DNA of 39,375 nucleotides from an uncultured Nitrospinaceae bacterium (GCA_938073925.1 CALJGH010000125.1:1-39375); one strand, 5' to 3'. Shown: positions 7,595-20,392, counted from the first letter of the stretch. Made by a program: numbers and translations. The notes: generated by a model not told the origin, from the letters alone.

Positions 7595-8084
7595 ATATTA
7601 GCATAAGACAAAAGAGGGTTTAGAACATTGCATGGAACTTCACCAAAATTTAAATTTGCCAAACGCTTATTAGAAAGAGAAAACAAAATTATTGTGTTCC
7701 ATCTAATTTTTAAGCCTTGCCTCCTTGCTTTATGCAGCGATATATTTTAATGGGATTGAAACCAAGACCGGTCCTAGGAACTCCTTCAAAGTCGTTTTCG
7801 TATCTTCTCAGCTGCAAAAAGGAAATCTTCTAAAAAAATACCATTACCAAGTCGAAGCTTTCAATAAAACATTTGACCAAAAACTGGACTATCTTGAGGT
7901 CCATTTCCATTTGTCAACTTACCACAACAAGCTAGGCAACAATATTAAGGCTGACCAGCACCTAAAAATATGGAATTCTAGAAACATTAAAAAGTCACCT
8001 TAACTCCTATTTCAAAAAAATTCCTATTACCTAGCTTGACTGATATATAATAAACTTTCGCCTTAAACCTATTCACACATATCA

Positions 8085-9911
8085 ATGAACTATCCTTCTT
8101 TAAGAGAATTTATCGACCGGCTTGAATTCGAAAACGAACTCATTCGAATTCGAGAACAGGTGTCTCCCATTCTTGAAATCTCTGAAATCACTGACCGAGT
8201 CTCAAAGCAACACGGTGGCGGAAAAGCACTGCTTTTTGAAAATGTAGAAGGTAGTACCATGCCCGTTCTAATCAACGCTTTCGGCAGTCAAAAAAGAATG
8301 AACGCCGCTCTTGGGGTGAACGATATTGAAGAGATAGCTAAAAGAATCGAACGCTATTTAAAAATACAGCCGCCCACAACCTTGTTGGACAAAGCAAAAC
8401 TTTTACCCATGCTGTTGCAAGCGGCACAGTTTCCTCCAACGCGGGTCGGAGCCACCAAAGCTTCCTGTCAAGAAGTGGTGCATCTCAATGAAGATGTCAA
8501 TCTCGATCAAATTCCCATCCTGCAATGCTGGCCTCATGATGCAGGACGATTCATAACTCTTCCTATTGTTATCAACCGAAGTGTCGACCGCAAAGTCAAG
8601 AACGTTGGGCTCTACCGAATGCAAGTGTACGATTCAAAAACAACAGGCATGCATTGGCATATTCATAAAGACGGCGCCCACTTCTTTCATGAATATCAAA
8701 AACAGAATAAAGTGATGGAGGTTGCTGTTGCGATTGGCGCTGACCCGGCTTCCTGTTACGCGGCATCCGCTCCCCTGCCCTACGGCATTGATGAGTTCCT
8801 GTTAGCGGGTTTCATCAGAAAGAAGAGCGTGCCTCTCGTAAAATGTAAAACCGTCGATCTAGAAGTCCCGGCTAATTCTGAAATTATTCTCGAAGGGTTT
8901 ATCGATCCATCCGAAATGCGACTGGAAGGTCCTTTCGGAGATCACACGGGTTACTACTCACAGGATGGCGATTACCCGGTCTTTCATCTTACAGCTATCA
9001 CACATAGGAAAGACCCTATTTATCTGACAACGATAGTGGGCAAGCCACCGCAGGAAGATTTTTACCTCGGCCGCGCCACCGAGCGCATCTTCCTTCCTCT
9101 CATGCGCACCCAGCTTCCTGAAATCGTCAATATAAATATGCCCGTTGAAGGTGTCTTCCACAACTGTGTCATCGTCTCAATTGACAAACGCTATCCCATG
9201 CAGTCGCGTCGCTTGATGAGTGGTCTTTGGGGACTGGGACAAATGAGTTTCGTAAAAACCATCATTACCGTTGACAGCAAAATCGATGTTCACAATTACG
9301 ATGAATTGATCAAACTACTATTGGACGAGATTAACTTTGAACGCGACCTATTTTTCTCAGAAGGCGTGCTTGATGTGCTCAACCACGGTTCCGACAACAT
9401 GCTTTATGGCTCTAAGCTTGGTATCGATCTAACAGAAAAAATAGAAGGCGAACCGGGCTATGGAGAAAACAAATCACCTGCATCGAAGAATTCCCCACTA
9501 CCTTCTAAAGAAGAAGTTAAGAGTCGGTTGCCTGATCTAAAAGATTGTAGAATCTTAGACATTAATGCACATCGATCCGTCATGTATGCCGCCTTAGATA
9601 AAACCCGTCCTCACCAAGCGGAAGAATTCATTAAAGCCTATTTCAATGCCCCCGAGTTCTCGTCCATCGACATCCTAATCGTACTCGAAGGTCATGTAAA
9701 ACTCGATAACGATTCGATAGTAATGTGGAAATTCTTTAACAATCTCGACCCTAAACGCGATTTCTATTTCGAGGGTGATCAGCTTGCAATCGATGTAACA
9801 CAAAAAATGAAAGAAGAAGGCTACCGGCAAAGCTGGCCCGAAGAAATTGAGATGTCCGAAGAAATCAAAACGCGAGTCGATACAAAATGGAACTCGCTGT
9901 TCAATAAATAG
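8085..9911 (+). CDS. UbiD-family prenyl-FMN-dependent decarboxylase, long (~600 aa) menaquinone-biosynthesis-type form
   Basis: The N-terminus is [24 protein letters not shown]. The core contains GLYRMQVYD ... HWHIHKDGA and [12 protein letters not shown]. It is 608 aa versus roughly 500 aa for classical UbiD. Confidence 0.88.
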   Translation: MNYPSLREFIDRLEFENELIRIREQVSPILEISEITDRVSKQHGGGKALLFENVEGSTMPVLINAFGSQKRMNAALGVNDIEEIAKRIERYLKIQPPTTLLDKAKLLPMLLQAAQFPPTRVGATKASCQEVVHLNEDVNLDQIPILQCWPHDAGRFITLPIVINRSVDRKVKNVGLYRMQVYDSKTTGMHWHIHKDGAHFFHEYQKQNKVMEVAVAIGADPASCYAASAPLPYGIDEFLLAGFIRKKSVPLVKCKTVDLEVPANSEIILEGFIDPSEMRLEGPFGDHTGYYSQDGDYPVFHLTAITHRKDPIYLTTIVGKPPQEDFYLGRATERIFLPLMRTQLPEIVNINMPVEGVFHNCVIVSIDKRYPMQSRRLMSGLWGLGQMSFVKTIITVDSKIDVHNYDELIKLLLDEINFERDLFFSEGVLDVLNHGSDNMLYGSKLGIDLTEKIEGEPGYGENKSPASKNSPLPSKEEVKSRLPDLKDCRILDINAHRSVMYAALDKTRPHQAEEFIKAYFNAPEFSSIDILIVLEGHVKLDNDSIVMWKFFNNLDPKRDFYFEGDQLAIDVTQKMKEEGYRQSWPEEIEMSEEIKTRVDTKWNSLFNK

Positions 9912-9920
9912 AAAGTTTTA

Positions 9921-12734
9921 ATGGCACTGGAATTTATAAATATAAAAGGCGCAAGAGAACACAACCTCAAAGACCTCCACCTAACTCTACCCCGCGAAAA
10001 ACTAGTGGTTATTACCGGATTGAGCGGTTCAGGAAAGTCTTCTCTTGCCTTCGACACCATATACGCAGAAGGTCAGCGGAGGTATGTGGAATCACTTTCC
10101 GCATACGCACGGCAATTTCTGGAACTGATGGAAAAGCCGGATATCGATTCCATCGATGGACTCTCGCCTGCTATTTCCATTGAGCAAAAAACATCGAGCC
10201 GCAATCCACGCTCCACCGTTGGTACCGTAACCGAAATCTACGACTATCTAAGACTGCTTTATGCACGTATCGGACGCGTATATTGCTATAGCTGCGGTAG
10301 AGAAATTTCCTCACAAACCGTCCAGCATATCGTCGACCAGGTACAATCCATTCCTGTCGGGAAAAAAATAATGATCTTGTCGCCGGTTGCGCGAGGGCGT
10401 AAAGGAGAATTTAAAAAAGAACTTCTCGATATGAGGCGAAAAGGATTCGTCCGCGCTCGAATTGACGGTGAAGTACGATCTCTCGATGAAGAAATCGCTC
10501 TCGATAAGAAGTTCAAGCACACCCTGGAAATCGTTGTCGACCGACTGGTCATCAAGGAAAAGATGGGGAAACGTTTGGCCGACTCGGTTGAAACAGCCCT
10601 CACCCATGGCGAAGGCAGTATCGTTGTTTCCATTATTGAAGAAGAGGAGTTATTGTTCAGCGAGAAATTCGCCTGTAGTTATTGCAACATCAGCTACCCA
10701 GAACTCGAGCCCCGACTCTTTTCTTTCAATAATCCGCAAGGAGCCTGCTCGAAATGTGATGGGTTGGGAATAAAAATGGTGATCGACCCCGAACTGGTGG
10801 TGCCAGACGACAGCCTTTCCATTCGAGACGGCGCATTAAAACCCTGGGAAAAACGCAGTTCTATTTATTACCATCAAATGCTGGATACGATCTCTGCCCA
10901 TTTCAAGTTTAAGCTCAGCGCTCCCTTTAAAAACCTCACTAAAAAAACTCAAAAAATTCTTTTATACGGTTCTGGAGATGAACAAATAAAATATTTTTTT
11001 GAAAAAGACGGACGCCAACAACATTACAAAGACACCTTTGATGGCGTAATTCCTGATCTCGAAAGACGTTATCTTGAAACGGATTCCACATGGTCGCGGG
11101 AAGAAATCGCTCGTTTCATGCGCGCCCTCCCCTGCCAACAATGTGATGGCAAGCGGTTGAGAAAAGAAGCTGTCTCAGTAAAAGTTACAGATTTAAATAT
11201 TGTTGAACTCACCTCTTTCTCCATTGGCAAAGCCTTCAAGTTTTTCAAAGACCTGAAACTGACAAAACAGGAAAACAATATTGCCCGTCGAATTGTAAAA
11301 GAAATTAAGGAAAGACTCGGATTCTTAACCAATGTCGGACTGGAATATCTGTCGCTCGATCGCACATCGGCAACCTTGTCAGGGGGTGAAAGCCAACGCA
11401 TTCGATTGGCAACACAAATCGGCTCCAGCCTGATGGGGGTTCTCTATGTTCTCGATGAACCTAGTATTGGACTGCATCAACGAGACAACGATCGTTTATT
11501 GGCAACCCTGATCCGATTACGTGATTTAGGAAACACCGTTATCGTAGTGGAGCATGACGAAGCCACCATCCGCTCCGCCGACTATGTTGTAGACCTTGGT
11601 CCCGGCGCAGGAGTTCATGGTGGAAAAGTAACCTTTGCAGGCACCCCTAAAGCCCTGTTGAAGTCAAAGAGTTCATTAACAGGACAATATTTATCTGGCA
11701 AAAAAGAAATTGCGACACCAGAGCAAAGAAGAAAAGGCAATGGCGAGTTCCTTGAAGTGCTGGGAGCAAGTGAAAATAACCTGAAAAATGTGAATGTAAA
11801 ATTTCCATTAGGTTGCTTTATTTGCGTGACCGGTGTTTCTGGTTCTGGCAAAAGCACACTGACTCTGGATATTCTTTATAAATCGTTGGCCAAACATTTT
11901 TACAGATCGGTAGACAAACCCGGAGCTTTCGACAAAATCGAAGGGATTCATTATCTAGACAAAGTGATCGACATCGATCAATCCCCCATCGGCCGAACTC
12001 CCCGGTCGAACCCCGCTACCTACACCGGCGTGTTCACCCTCATCCGGGAATTATTCAGTCAGGTTCCTGAAGCCCGAGCGCGTGGATATAAACCTGGTCG
12101 TTTCAGTTTCAATGTTAAAGGGGGGCGTTGCGAAGCCTGTCAGGGAGATGGGCTCATTAAAATTGAAATGCATTTTCTACCCGACGTGTTCGTGACTTGC
12201 GAGGTCTGCCAAGGAAAAAGATTCAACCGTGAAACATTGGAAATTTTATACAAGGGTAAAAGCATCGCCGATGTTCTCAATATGACAGCGGAAGAAGGCA
12301 ACGAGTTTTTTATAAATATCCCTGCAATAAAAAACAAATTACAAACAATCAAAGATGTAGGCCTCGACTATATCCGCCTAGGTCAACAGGCCACGACCTT
12401 ATCTGGCGGCGAAGCCCAACGCGTAAAACTATCAAAAGAACTCAGCAAACGAAGTACAGGTAGAACCCTTTATATTCTAGATGAACCGACCACCGGATTG
12501 CATTTCGCCGATATCGAGCATTTGCTGAAAGTGTTGCAGAAACTAGTGGATTCCGGAAACACCGTAGTCATCATCGAACATAATATGGATGTTATCAAAA
12601 CAGCAGATCATCTTATCGATCTCGGCCCCGAAGGCGGCGACGGTGGAGGATGCATACTTGCTGAAGGTACTCCCGAGGAAATCGCAAAATCTAAAACCTC
12701 GTACACGGGGAAATATTTAAAAGATTATCTCTAG
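9921..12734 (+). CDS. uvrA: excinuclease ABC subunit A
   Basis: 937 aa. Two ABC modules are present: Walker [10 protein letters not shown] and GVSGSGKST, signatures LSGGESQR and LSGGEAQR. Zinc-module CxxC pairs are present (CSYC/CSKC, CQQC, CEAC/CEVC). Confidence 0.97.
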   Translation: MALEFINIKGAREHNLKDLHLTLPREKLVVITGLSGSGKSSLAFDTIYAEGQRRYVESLSAYARQFLELMEKPDIDSIDGLSPAISIEQKTSSRNPRSTVGTVTEIYDYLRLLYARIGRVYCYSCGREISSQTVQHIVDQVQSIPVGKKIMILSPVARGRKGEFKKELLDMRRKGFVRARIDGEVRSLDEEIALDKKFKHTLEIVVDRLVIKEKMGKRLADSVETALTHGEGSIVVSIIEEEELLFSEKFACSYCNISYPELEPRLFSFNNPQGACSKCDGLGIKMVIDPELVVPDDSLSIRDGALKPWEKRSSIYYHQMLDTISAHFKFKLSAPFKNLTKKTQKILLYGSGDEQIKYFFEKDGRQQHYKDTFDGVIPDLERRYLETDSTWSREEIARFMRALPCQQCDGKRLRKEAVSVKVTDLNIVELTSFSIGKAFKFFKDLKLTKQENNIARRIVKEIKERLGFLTNVGLEYLSLDRTSATLSGGESQRIRLATQIGSSLMGVLYVLDEPSIGLHQRDNDRLLATLIRLRDLGNTVIVVEHDEATIRSADYVVDLGPGAGVHGGKVTFAGTPKALLKSKSSLTGQYLSGKKEIATPEQRRKGNGEFLEVLGASENNLKNVNVKFPLGCFICVTGVSGSGKSTLTLDILYKSLAKHFYRSVDKPGAFDKIEGIHYLDKVIDIDQSPIGRTPRSNPATYTGVFTLIRELFSQVPEARARGYKPGRFSFNVKGGRCEACQGDGLIKIEMHFLPDVFVTCEVCQGKRFNRETLEILYKGKSIADVLNMTAEEGNEFFINIPAIKNKLQTIKDVGLDYIRLGQQATTLSGGEAQRVKLSKELSKRSTGRTLYILDEPTTGLHFADIEHLLKVLQKLVDSGNTVVIIEHNMDVIKTADHLIDLGPEGGDGGGCILAEGTPEEIAKSKTSYTGKYLKDYL

Positions 12735-12754
12735 TCTATCTAACACAACCGAAC

Positions 12755-12973
12755 CTATCCATTTATATCCATTAATGGAATATTGTATTCATCTAAAAAG
12801 AGGGTTAACACTTTAAGAATACTTATTTTAGCTTCTAAAGGTTTGATATAGAGATATCTCTGTTCTTGTAGATCAGCGATAGGCTTGACGGCCACGGGGT
12901 GTTTAGTAGGCACGAATCCGGATGCCAGAGATTGCAACGGATTATTGAAAAGTTTCATTGAGATCTGACACAT
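12755..12973 (-). CDS. hypothetical 72-aa ORF (weak)
   Basis: This is the only ORF in the 333-nt gap between convergent uvrA and atpC. It has an ATG start, no convincing RBS and no recognisable motif. The support is the ORF alone. Confidence 0.2.
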   Translation of the reverse strand: MCQISMKLFNNPLQSLASGFVPTKHPVAVKPIADLQEQRYLYIKPLEAKISILKVLTLFLDEYNIPLMDING

Positions 12974-13067
12974 CTCTTCTGAATACCTTTGTCGATAATA
13001 ATCGCCAGCTTCTTTTTAAGGTATCACTTCCAAATGAAGGGGGAATTAAAAAAGGGGTGTTGGGAGT

Positions 13068-14887
<1,820 letters not shown>

Positions 14888-14924
14888 TCATTCCCCTCCA
14901 CTAATTTCAGTATCTTTCACGCCA

Positions 14925-15791
14925 TTAACCCTTCAAGGCTTCGGCGCCATTTACGATTTCTATTAATTCTTTTGTAATATAAGCCTGTCGGGCTTGATTA
15001 TAAGTCAACGTCAAGGCACCAATCATTTCACCCGCATTGCGTGTAGCACTATCCATCGCCGTCATACGTGCACCATGCTCACTGGCACTTGATTCAAGAA
15101 ATGCCCGATAAACTTGAACTGTCATATAACGCTTAAGAAGTTCGTCCAGAATAGCTTCTTCATCCGGCTCGTAGATATAATCCACTGCAAAGGATTCTTC
15201 TTTATGTTCCAGATTTTCTGGCACCACCGGCAACAATTGCTCAACAATAACCTCTTGAGCCATTACCGATTTAAACTCGTTATAAATCATGAAAACCTTG
15301 TCGACTTTTTTCTCTGAAAACAAAGTGGCCAGATTTTCACCAATCGTCTGCGCCTTGAGATAATTAAAATCTTTCGTCCAGCCAATATGGTCCTCAATAA
15401 TATTCACAGGGCGATTACGGAAAATATCATTTCCTTTTTTCCCGGCGATAATTAGCGAGTTTTCATTTTGTGGATTATTTTTCAGGTATTCGGCTGTTTT
15501 ACGAATGATGCTTCCGTTGAACCCTCCACATAAACCTTTGTCGGCAGTAATGATAAGGAACAAATGCCTATTTCCATCTCGCACATCCAACAAAGGGTGT
15601 AAGTCGCCATTGCACCGTGCTGCCAAATGGTTGAGAACATCCATCATCTTAACCGCATATGGCCTAGCATCAAGGATAGCTTGCTGTGCTTTTCGCAATT
15701 TCGACGCCGCAACCAGTTTCATGGCTTTGGTGATTTGTTGCGTATTTTTTACGCTTCGGATGCGCCTTTTTATATCTTTTAAGTTAGGCAT
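14925..15791 (-). CDS. atpG: F1 ATP synthase gamma subunit
   Basis: 288 aa. The N-terminus is IKRRIRSVKNTQQITKAMKLVAASKLRKAQ and the C-terminus is ITKELIEIVNGAEAL. It sits between atpA and atpD. Confidence 0.96.
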   Translation of the reverse strand: MPNLKDIKRRIRSVKNTQQITKAMKLVAASKLRKAQQAILDARPYAVKMMDVLNHLAARCNGDLHPLLDVRDGNRHLFLIITADKGLCGGFNGSIIRKTAEYLKNNPQNENSLIIAGKKGNDIFRNRPVNIIEDHIGWTKDFNYLKAQTIGENLATLFSEKKVDKVFMIYNEFKSVMAQEVIVEQLLPVVPENLEHKEESFAVDYIYEPDEEAILDELLKRYMTVQVYRAFLESSASEHGARMTAMDSATRNAGEMIGALTLTYNQARQAYITKELIEIVNGAEALKG

Positions 15792-15794
15792 AAA

Positions 15795-17303
15795 TTAGTT
15801 CTGAAAAAGACCTTTGAATTCTTCGATAGCCGCCTTCAACTGGCTTTCACTGTCATCATCCAGTTTTTTAGCTTCTGCAATTTTATTCATCAAAGCCTGA
15901 TGTTTCTCTTCCATAAAGTTGATCAAACCGCTCTCAAATTTTTGGATACTAGCGACAGGGACATCATCCACAAGACCTCGCACACCTGAAAAGATCGAAA
16001 CGATCTGCTGAACTACGGTCAAAGGTTTGTACTGACCTTGTTTAAGCAGTTCCACCAATCGTTCGCCACGATGAAGCTGGGCTTGAGTAGCCGCATCCAG
16101 ATCACTACCGAACTGGGCAAAAGCAGCCATTTCACGATATTGCGCCAAGTCTAATCGAAGCTGACCAGCCACCTGTTTCATTCCTTTAATTTGCGCTGAA
16201 CCACCCACTCGGGATACAGAAAGCCCAACGTTGATCGCAGGGCGAACTCCAGAATAAAACAGATCGGTTTCTAGAAATATCTGACCATCCGTAATAGATA
16301 TCACGTTGGTCGGAATATATGCGGAAACATCACCCGCCTGGGTTTCAATGATCGGCAGAGCCGTCATGGAACCTGCTCCTAATTCATCACTGACTTTTGC
16401 AGATCTCTCTAACAATCGAGAATGCAAAAAGAATACATCACCCGGATACGCTTCACGTCCCGGCGGTCTCCTAAGCAGAAGAGAAAGCTGACGATAAGCT
16501 GCAGCCTGTTTACTGAGATCATCATAAACGATCAGACAATGCTGACCATTGTCACGGAAGTATTCTCCCATTGCGCAACCCGCATACGGAGCAATGAACT
16601 GCATAGGCGCAGGGTCGCTGGCTGACGCAGAAACAACAATGGTATACTTCATTGCACCGTGCTCTTCGAGCGTTTTCACAACTCGTGCAACAGTAGATCG
16701 TTTTTGCCCAACTGCAACATAGATACAAAACATGTTCTGGCCTTTTTGATTGATGATCGCATCAATCGCAACTGCCGTCTTACCTGTTTGTCTGTCACCA
16801 ATAATGAGTTCGCGTTGACCACGACCAACAGGAATCATTCCATCAATTGCCTTGATACCTGTTTGCATAGGTTCGTGAACAGATTTTCGGTCAATTACGC
16901 CTGGAGCAGTTCTTTCAATAGGACCAAACTTGTCTGTTTTAATAGGGCCTTTGCCATCAATTGGCGCACCCAGACCGTCTACAACCCGACCGACCATTTC
17001 AGGTCCGATAGGCACTTGCATGATCTTTCCTGTGCGCTTAACCTCATCACCTTCTTTAATATTGTCATCGCGTCCGAGAAGCACCGCACCCACATTATCT
17101 TCTTCGAGGTTCAGCACCATTCCAGACAATCCACCAGGGAATTCCAAAAGTTCACCGGCCATAGCATTTCCAAGGCCGTAAATACGCGCAATTCCATCTC
17201 CTACTGAAATCACCCGACCGGTTTCCTTGAGCTCGATCCCTTCCTCAAATCCTTCGATTTGCTTTTGAATCAGGGAGCTGATTTCGTCGGCTCGTAAATT
17301 CAC
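15795..17303 (-). CDS. atpA: F1 ATP synthase alpha subunit
   Basis: 502 aa with Walker A GDRQTGKT. Its GTG start directly abuts the atpH stop codon (17304-17306). Confidence 0.98.
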   Translation of the reverse strand: MNLRADEISSLIQKQIEGFEEGIELKETGRVISVGDGIARIYGLGNAMAGELLEFPGGLSGMVLNLEEDNVGAVLLGRDDNIKEGDEVKRTGKIMQVPIGPEMVGRVVDGLGAPIDGKGPIKTDKFGPIERTAPGVIDRKSVHEPMQTGIKAIDGMIPVGRGQRELIIGDRQTGKTAVAIDAIINQKGQNMFCIYVAVGQKRSTVARVVKTLEEHGAMKYTIVVSASASDPAPMQFIAPYAGCAMGEYFRDNGQHCLIVYDDLSKQAAAYRQLSLLLRRPPGREAYPGDVFFLHSRLLERSAKVSDELGAGSMTALPIIETQAGDVSAYIPTNVISITDGQIFLETDLFYSGVRPAINVGLSVSRVGGSAQIKGMKQVAGQLRLDLAQYREMAAFAQFGSDLDAATQAQLHRGERLVELLKQGQYKPLTVVQQIVSIFSGVRGLVDDVPVASIQKFESGLINFMEEKHQALMNKIAEAKKLDDDSESQLKAAIEEFKGLFQN

Positions 17304-17855
17304 TTAGGCTACCTCCTCTTTCTCTATTGTTCGTTTCAAGATATCCAAGCGGTTACGAATAGTATCATCCGCTACCTGGTCTCCAATGCGCAACATTACG
17401 CCGCCAATCAGTGACTCATCCACTTCGGTATCGATCAATATGGTTTTATCTAAAATTTTATTCAGCGCTGTTTGAAGGCGATCCATATTCGCATCTGACA
17501 AAGAATACGCCGAGGTCACCTGAACTCTTGTTTGACCCAACCTACGGTCTACAACCCGCGCGAAATATTCAATAATTTTATCTAGAAAAATAATTTTTCC
17601 GCGCTCGTTGAGCATAACAAGCAGATTGCCAACCTTATCTCCAGTCTGCAAACGGCTGCAAAGCTCCTCAACAACATTCTGTTTCTTTTCTGTGGAAATA
17701 GAAGGATGCTCAAAAAAACGCAACAATTGTTTTTCCGTTTTCATAGCTTCGCCAAAAGCTTCCAAACTTTGCAATGCATTCCCCAATTGGGAATCATCTT
17801 CAATATTCCCAGAAAGTGCTTCGGCGTACCTTTTCCCTACCTGATTTTCCAACAT
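17304..17855 (-). CDS. atpH: F1 ATP synthase delta (OSCP) subunit
   Basis: 183 aa. It has the typical start RYAEAL and the C-terminal IGGVMLRIGDQVADDTIRNRL. It sits between atpF and atpA. Confidence 0.92.
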   Translation of the reverse strand: MLENQVGKRYAEALSGNIEDDSQLGNALQSLEAFGEAMKTEKQLLRFFEHPSISTEKKQNVVEELCSRLQTGDKVGNLLVMLNERGKIIFLDKIIEYFARVVDRRLGQTRVQVTSAYSLSDANMDRLQTALNKILDKTILIDTEVDESLIGGVMLRIGDQVADDTIRNRLDILKRTIEKEEVA

Positions 17856-17881
17856 CGCAATTTATTCTTCTTTAAGAGACG

Positions 17882-18403
17882 TTAATTCTGCTGATTTTTT
17901 TCTAGTTCCTGAATCACCTGTTCAATAGATTCATCCACCAGCCGTTTTTTATCTGAATCATCCAATGCCTTCTTAAGAAATTTCTCCGTAGAAGCAATGG
18001 TCAACGCTGCGGTGTAGCTTCGAATCTCCTGCAAAAGTTTGCTTCGAGAGCTATTAATTTCCTGCTCCGCTTCGCGCTGCACCTGTTTGACTTTGGCTTC
18101 GGTTTCTTGAACGGTTTTCTCTTGAAGTTTTTTAGCTTCATCCTGCGCCAGTTGGACAATCGTTTCAGCTTTTCCGTGCGCGGCTGCTAGCTTCTCTTCC
18201 AGATCTATCTTTATCTTTTCTACATCCTGTTTCAGCTGTTCCGATGCTTCAATATCACCGCGAATCTTTTTCTCACGGTCATCAAGAGCAGCGAGAATCG
18301 GCGGAAAAGCAAACTTCTTCAGCATGAAAAACAAAATAGCAAAAGAAATCACTGACCAGAAAATCAGCGAACCAAAAACAGAAACTTGTTCAAATTGAGG
18401 CAT
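17882..18403 (-). CDS. atpF: Fo ATP synthase b subunit
   Basis: 173 aa with a single N-terminal TM helix followed by a long charged coiled coil. Only one b-type gene is present, with no b' copy. Confidence 0.9.
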   Translation of the reverse strand: MPQFEQVSVFGSLIFWSVISFAILFFMLKKFAFPPILAALDDREKKIRGDIEASEQLKQDVEKIKIDLEEKLAAAHGKAETIVQLAQDEAKKLQEKTVQETEAKVKQVQREAEQEINSSRSKLLQEIRSYTAALTIASTEKFLKKALDDSDKKRLVDESIEQVIQELEKNQQN

Positions 18404-18527
18404 AATTGATCCTTATAAAATTTTCATCCACTCCCATGAAAGGGAATGTTAGCGAACCTTTAGCAAAGGATTTGACGGCCTCATTAGCTCTTAGCCGTCT
18501 GACCCTATTACCTGGGGCGGTTTGCCG

Positions 18528-18749
18528 CTATGGCATAATGATGAAAGCAATAACTAGAGCGTAGAGAGCAATAGCTTCTACTAACGCAAAACCGATCCAG
18601 CAATACTTAGCAACTTTCGCTTCACAATTAGGCTGACGACCAACGGTTTCGATGGTTTTCGCAAAAATATATGCGATACCCAATGCAGCACCAAAAAAAC
18701 CGGCGGCGCACAAACCCATTCCAATCAATGCAGCAGCTTCTGAACCCAT
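18528..18749 (-). CDS. atpE: Fo ATP synthase c subunit
   Basis: A 73-aa helical hairpin with a GRQP loop and the ion-binding carboxylate in helix 2 (FALVEAIALY). Confidence 0.95.
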   Translation of the reverse strand: MGSEAAALIGMGLCAAGFFGAALGIAYIFAKTIETVGRQPNCEAKVAKYCWIGFALVEAIALYALVIAFIIMP

Positions 18750-18775
18750 TCTTTCCTCCTATTGTTAACTAATAA

Positions 18776-19507
18776 TTAATGTAACTTGATCACATCGCCA
18801 ATGTAAACACAGGTCAGCGTTGTGAATATATATGCTTGAATAAAAGCGATAGCAATTTCCAATCCATTAATGACTACCGTAAAACCAAACGGCAACCAAC
18901 CCAGCCATAAAGGCCCTGTCATCGCTAGACCAAATAGAACTGCCAAAACAGTATGTCCTGCCGTCATATTGGCAAACAGGCGCACCGCAAGGGATATCGG
19001 CCGAGCCAGCATGCTGATGATTTCAATGGGGATCATTATGGGAATCAACACTTTGGGAATTCCCGGTGGCACAAGGATCCCAAGAAAGTGCATACCATGT
19101 TTTGAAAAACCAATCACCAACGTCAAAATAAAAATTCCGGTGGCAAAAACTCCAGTCACTACCAATTGACTAGTGATCGTATAAGACCCTGGCAACAAAC
19201 CAATCAAGTTGCAGGCAAGAATAAACAAAAACAAACTGGCAATAAATGGGACATACTTCCTCCCCTCTTCTTCGCCAATGAATTCGTAAACCAGATTACG
19301 GATAAACTCCACCGCAATTTCCAGCACACTCTGCAATTTTCCAGGTACAAGGGACAATCCTTTTCTGGTAGGCAATAAAAACATACTGCCAATAACAACC
19401 AACCCCACCCACATGGCAACCACCGCATTATTTATAGAAAGGTCTAACCCACCAATGTGGATTGGAATAATCGTGTGGACTTCAAAATGGTGCAAAGGAC
19501 TTTCCAT
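18776..19507 (-). CDS. atpB: Fo ATP synthase a subunit
   Basis: 243 aa and polytopic. It carries the conserved stator arginine motif VRLFANMTAGH. Confidence 0.95.
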   Translation of the reverse strand: MESPLHHFEVHTIIPIHIGGLDLSINNAVVAMWVGLVVIGSMFLLPTRKGLSLVPGKLQSVLEIAVEFIRNLVYEFIGEEEGRKYVPFIASLFLFILACNLIGLLPGSYTITSQLVVTGVFATGIFILTLVIGFSKHGMHFLGILVPPGIPKVLIPIMIPIEIISMLARPISLAVRLFANMTAGHTVLAVLFGLAMTGPLWLGWLPFGFTVVINGLEIAIAFIQAYIFTTLTCVYIGDVIKLH

Positions 19508-19517
19508 AATTTACTTA

Positions 19518-19760
19518 TTATTCCAAATCGTTATTTGTATCATCTTCTTCTAAAGTCAGGGTCATCGCAACTCGGTAAACAGCAAGACAACCCGCCGCAG
19601 AACCAAGTACAATCCCTGCCACCAAGCCCCAAGGCTTTGTGCCGAAAAAATTATCCAGCGCATACCCTAGTAAACCACCGATGCTCGTTGCTACCGTCAG
19701 CTCAGTTCCCAACCTGAACGCAACCTGCATACCTTGACGGAAGCCGCTGTTTTTACTCAT
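19518..19760 (-). CDS. AtpZ/AtpI-like small membrane protein at the head of the atp operon
   Basis: 80 aa with two TM helices. The N-terminal segment AFRLGTELTVATSIGGLLGYALD is typical of the ATPase_gene1 (AtpZ) family. It ends 10 nt upstream of atpB. Confidence 0.75.
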   Translation of the reverse strand: MSKNSGFRQGMQVAFRLGTELTVATSIGGLLGYALDNFFGTKPWGLVAGIVLGSAAGCLAVYRVAMTLTLEEDDTNNDLE

Positions 19761-19800
19761 TTATTTGTTACTTGGGGGGATTACCCAGAAAACCGGGGAT

Positions 19801-19830
19801 ATCATACCTCAACGTTTCTATGTTGTCCAA
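19801..19830 (-). promoter_or_regulatory. sigma-70-type promoter candidate for the atp operon
   Basis: On the - strand: TTGGAC (19830-19825), an 18-nt spacer, then TATGAT (19806-19801). This is ~40 nt upstream of the atpZ-like ATG. Confidence 0.35.
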
Positions 19831-19986
19831 AAATTTTTTCGTTGTTTTTCCCTATCTATAAGTCACTGAAAAAACTGGCAAATAAAGGCCGATATTACAA
19901 TGCGATAAACCTAGGCAACTCCTTGCCTGATCTATTTAAGAACCTAATTCAGCATACTGACTTTGAATTTTGAATTATTATCTATA

Positions 19987-20313
19987 CTAATAAGGAAGGG
20001 TTCCAAAATCTGCTTCATACTTATCAAGCGGTATCATATCAATTGCATCCCAAGGACAACCTTCCAAGAAAGTGTCCATTGGACCTTTAGTAATACATTT
20101 TTTACAACCTATGCATAACAAAGGATCAACAAATACCCGGTTGAACGCTGGAGCGTCTGGGTTTTCCACTTCGAACATGCAGTTGTCGACGGGGCATTCA
20201 GTGATACAAATTGGAGAACTGGCACACCCCGTGCAGGCATCATTGATAACAGCAAGTATTTTGGGTTTTCTTTTTCGCTGTACGTTTCTTTTGGCTTTCT
20301 CTATTGTCGCCAT
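19987..20313 (-). CDS. 2x[4Fe-4S] ferredoxin-type protein with a basic N-terminal extension
   Basis: 108 aa. Cluster motifs are CTGCASSPICITECP and CIGCKKC ... GCPWDAI. The N-terminus is KAKRNVQRKRKPK. It appears monocistronic. Confidence 0.85.
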   Translation of the reverse strand: MATIEKAKRNVQRKRKPKILAVINDACTGCASSPICITECPVDNCMFEVENPDAPAFNRVFVDPLLCIGCKKCITKGPMDTFLEGCPWDAIDMIPLDKYEADFGTLPY

Positions 20314-20362
20314 TACGTATTCCCTGAAAGTTAGCTCTTGTCTATCCTTAAAAACAGCGTTG

Positions 20363-20392
20363 ATTATAACCTTATTCCAAAACGATTTTCAA
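20363..20392 (-). promoter_or_regulatory. sigma-70-type promoter candidate for the ferredoxin gene
   Basis: On the - strand: TTGAAA (20392-20387), an 18-nt spacer, then a perfect TATAAT (20368-20363). This is ~50 nt upstream of the ATG at 20313. Confidence 0.45.

Noticed and set aside
7725-8003. A 92-aa ORF with a TTG start in the 490-nt opp/ubiD intergenic region. It has a faint TPR-like stretch (LEVHFHLSTYHNKLGNNIKADQHLK).
   Set aside because: It has a non-ATG start, no RBS and a Lys/Asn/Phe-rich composition expected from AT-rich non-coding DNA. It could at most be another gene relic, and I cannot support it as a gene.
12974-13067. I expected a terminator downstream of atpC, in the uvrA/atpC convergent gap.
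   Set aside because: The GGGG..AAAAAAGGGG runs are not self-complementary, and no stem plus U-tract was found on either strand. Termination here may be Rho-dependent or use structures I cannot see by eye.
16659-17207. A 182-aa + strand ORF inside atpA, plus many similar 60-115-aa ORFs antisense to uvrA, atpD, lpdA, the DUF4175-like gene and others.
   Set aside because: All are embedded antisense or out-of-frame in strongly supported genes. None has a start context or recognisable motif.
19914-19929. The inverted repeat AGGCAA-ctcc-TTGCCT between the ferredoxin gene and the atp promoter. It superficially resembles sigma-54 -24/-12 boxes on both strands.
   Set aside because: The GG-to-GC spacing is one nucleotide too short for sigma-54, which does not tolerate spacing changes. 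As a terminator for the ferredoxin gene it has only a 6-bp stem and no U-tract. It is possibly a protein-binding palindrome, but that is unsupported.
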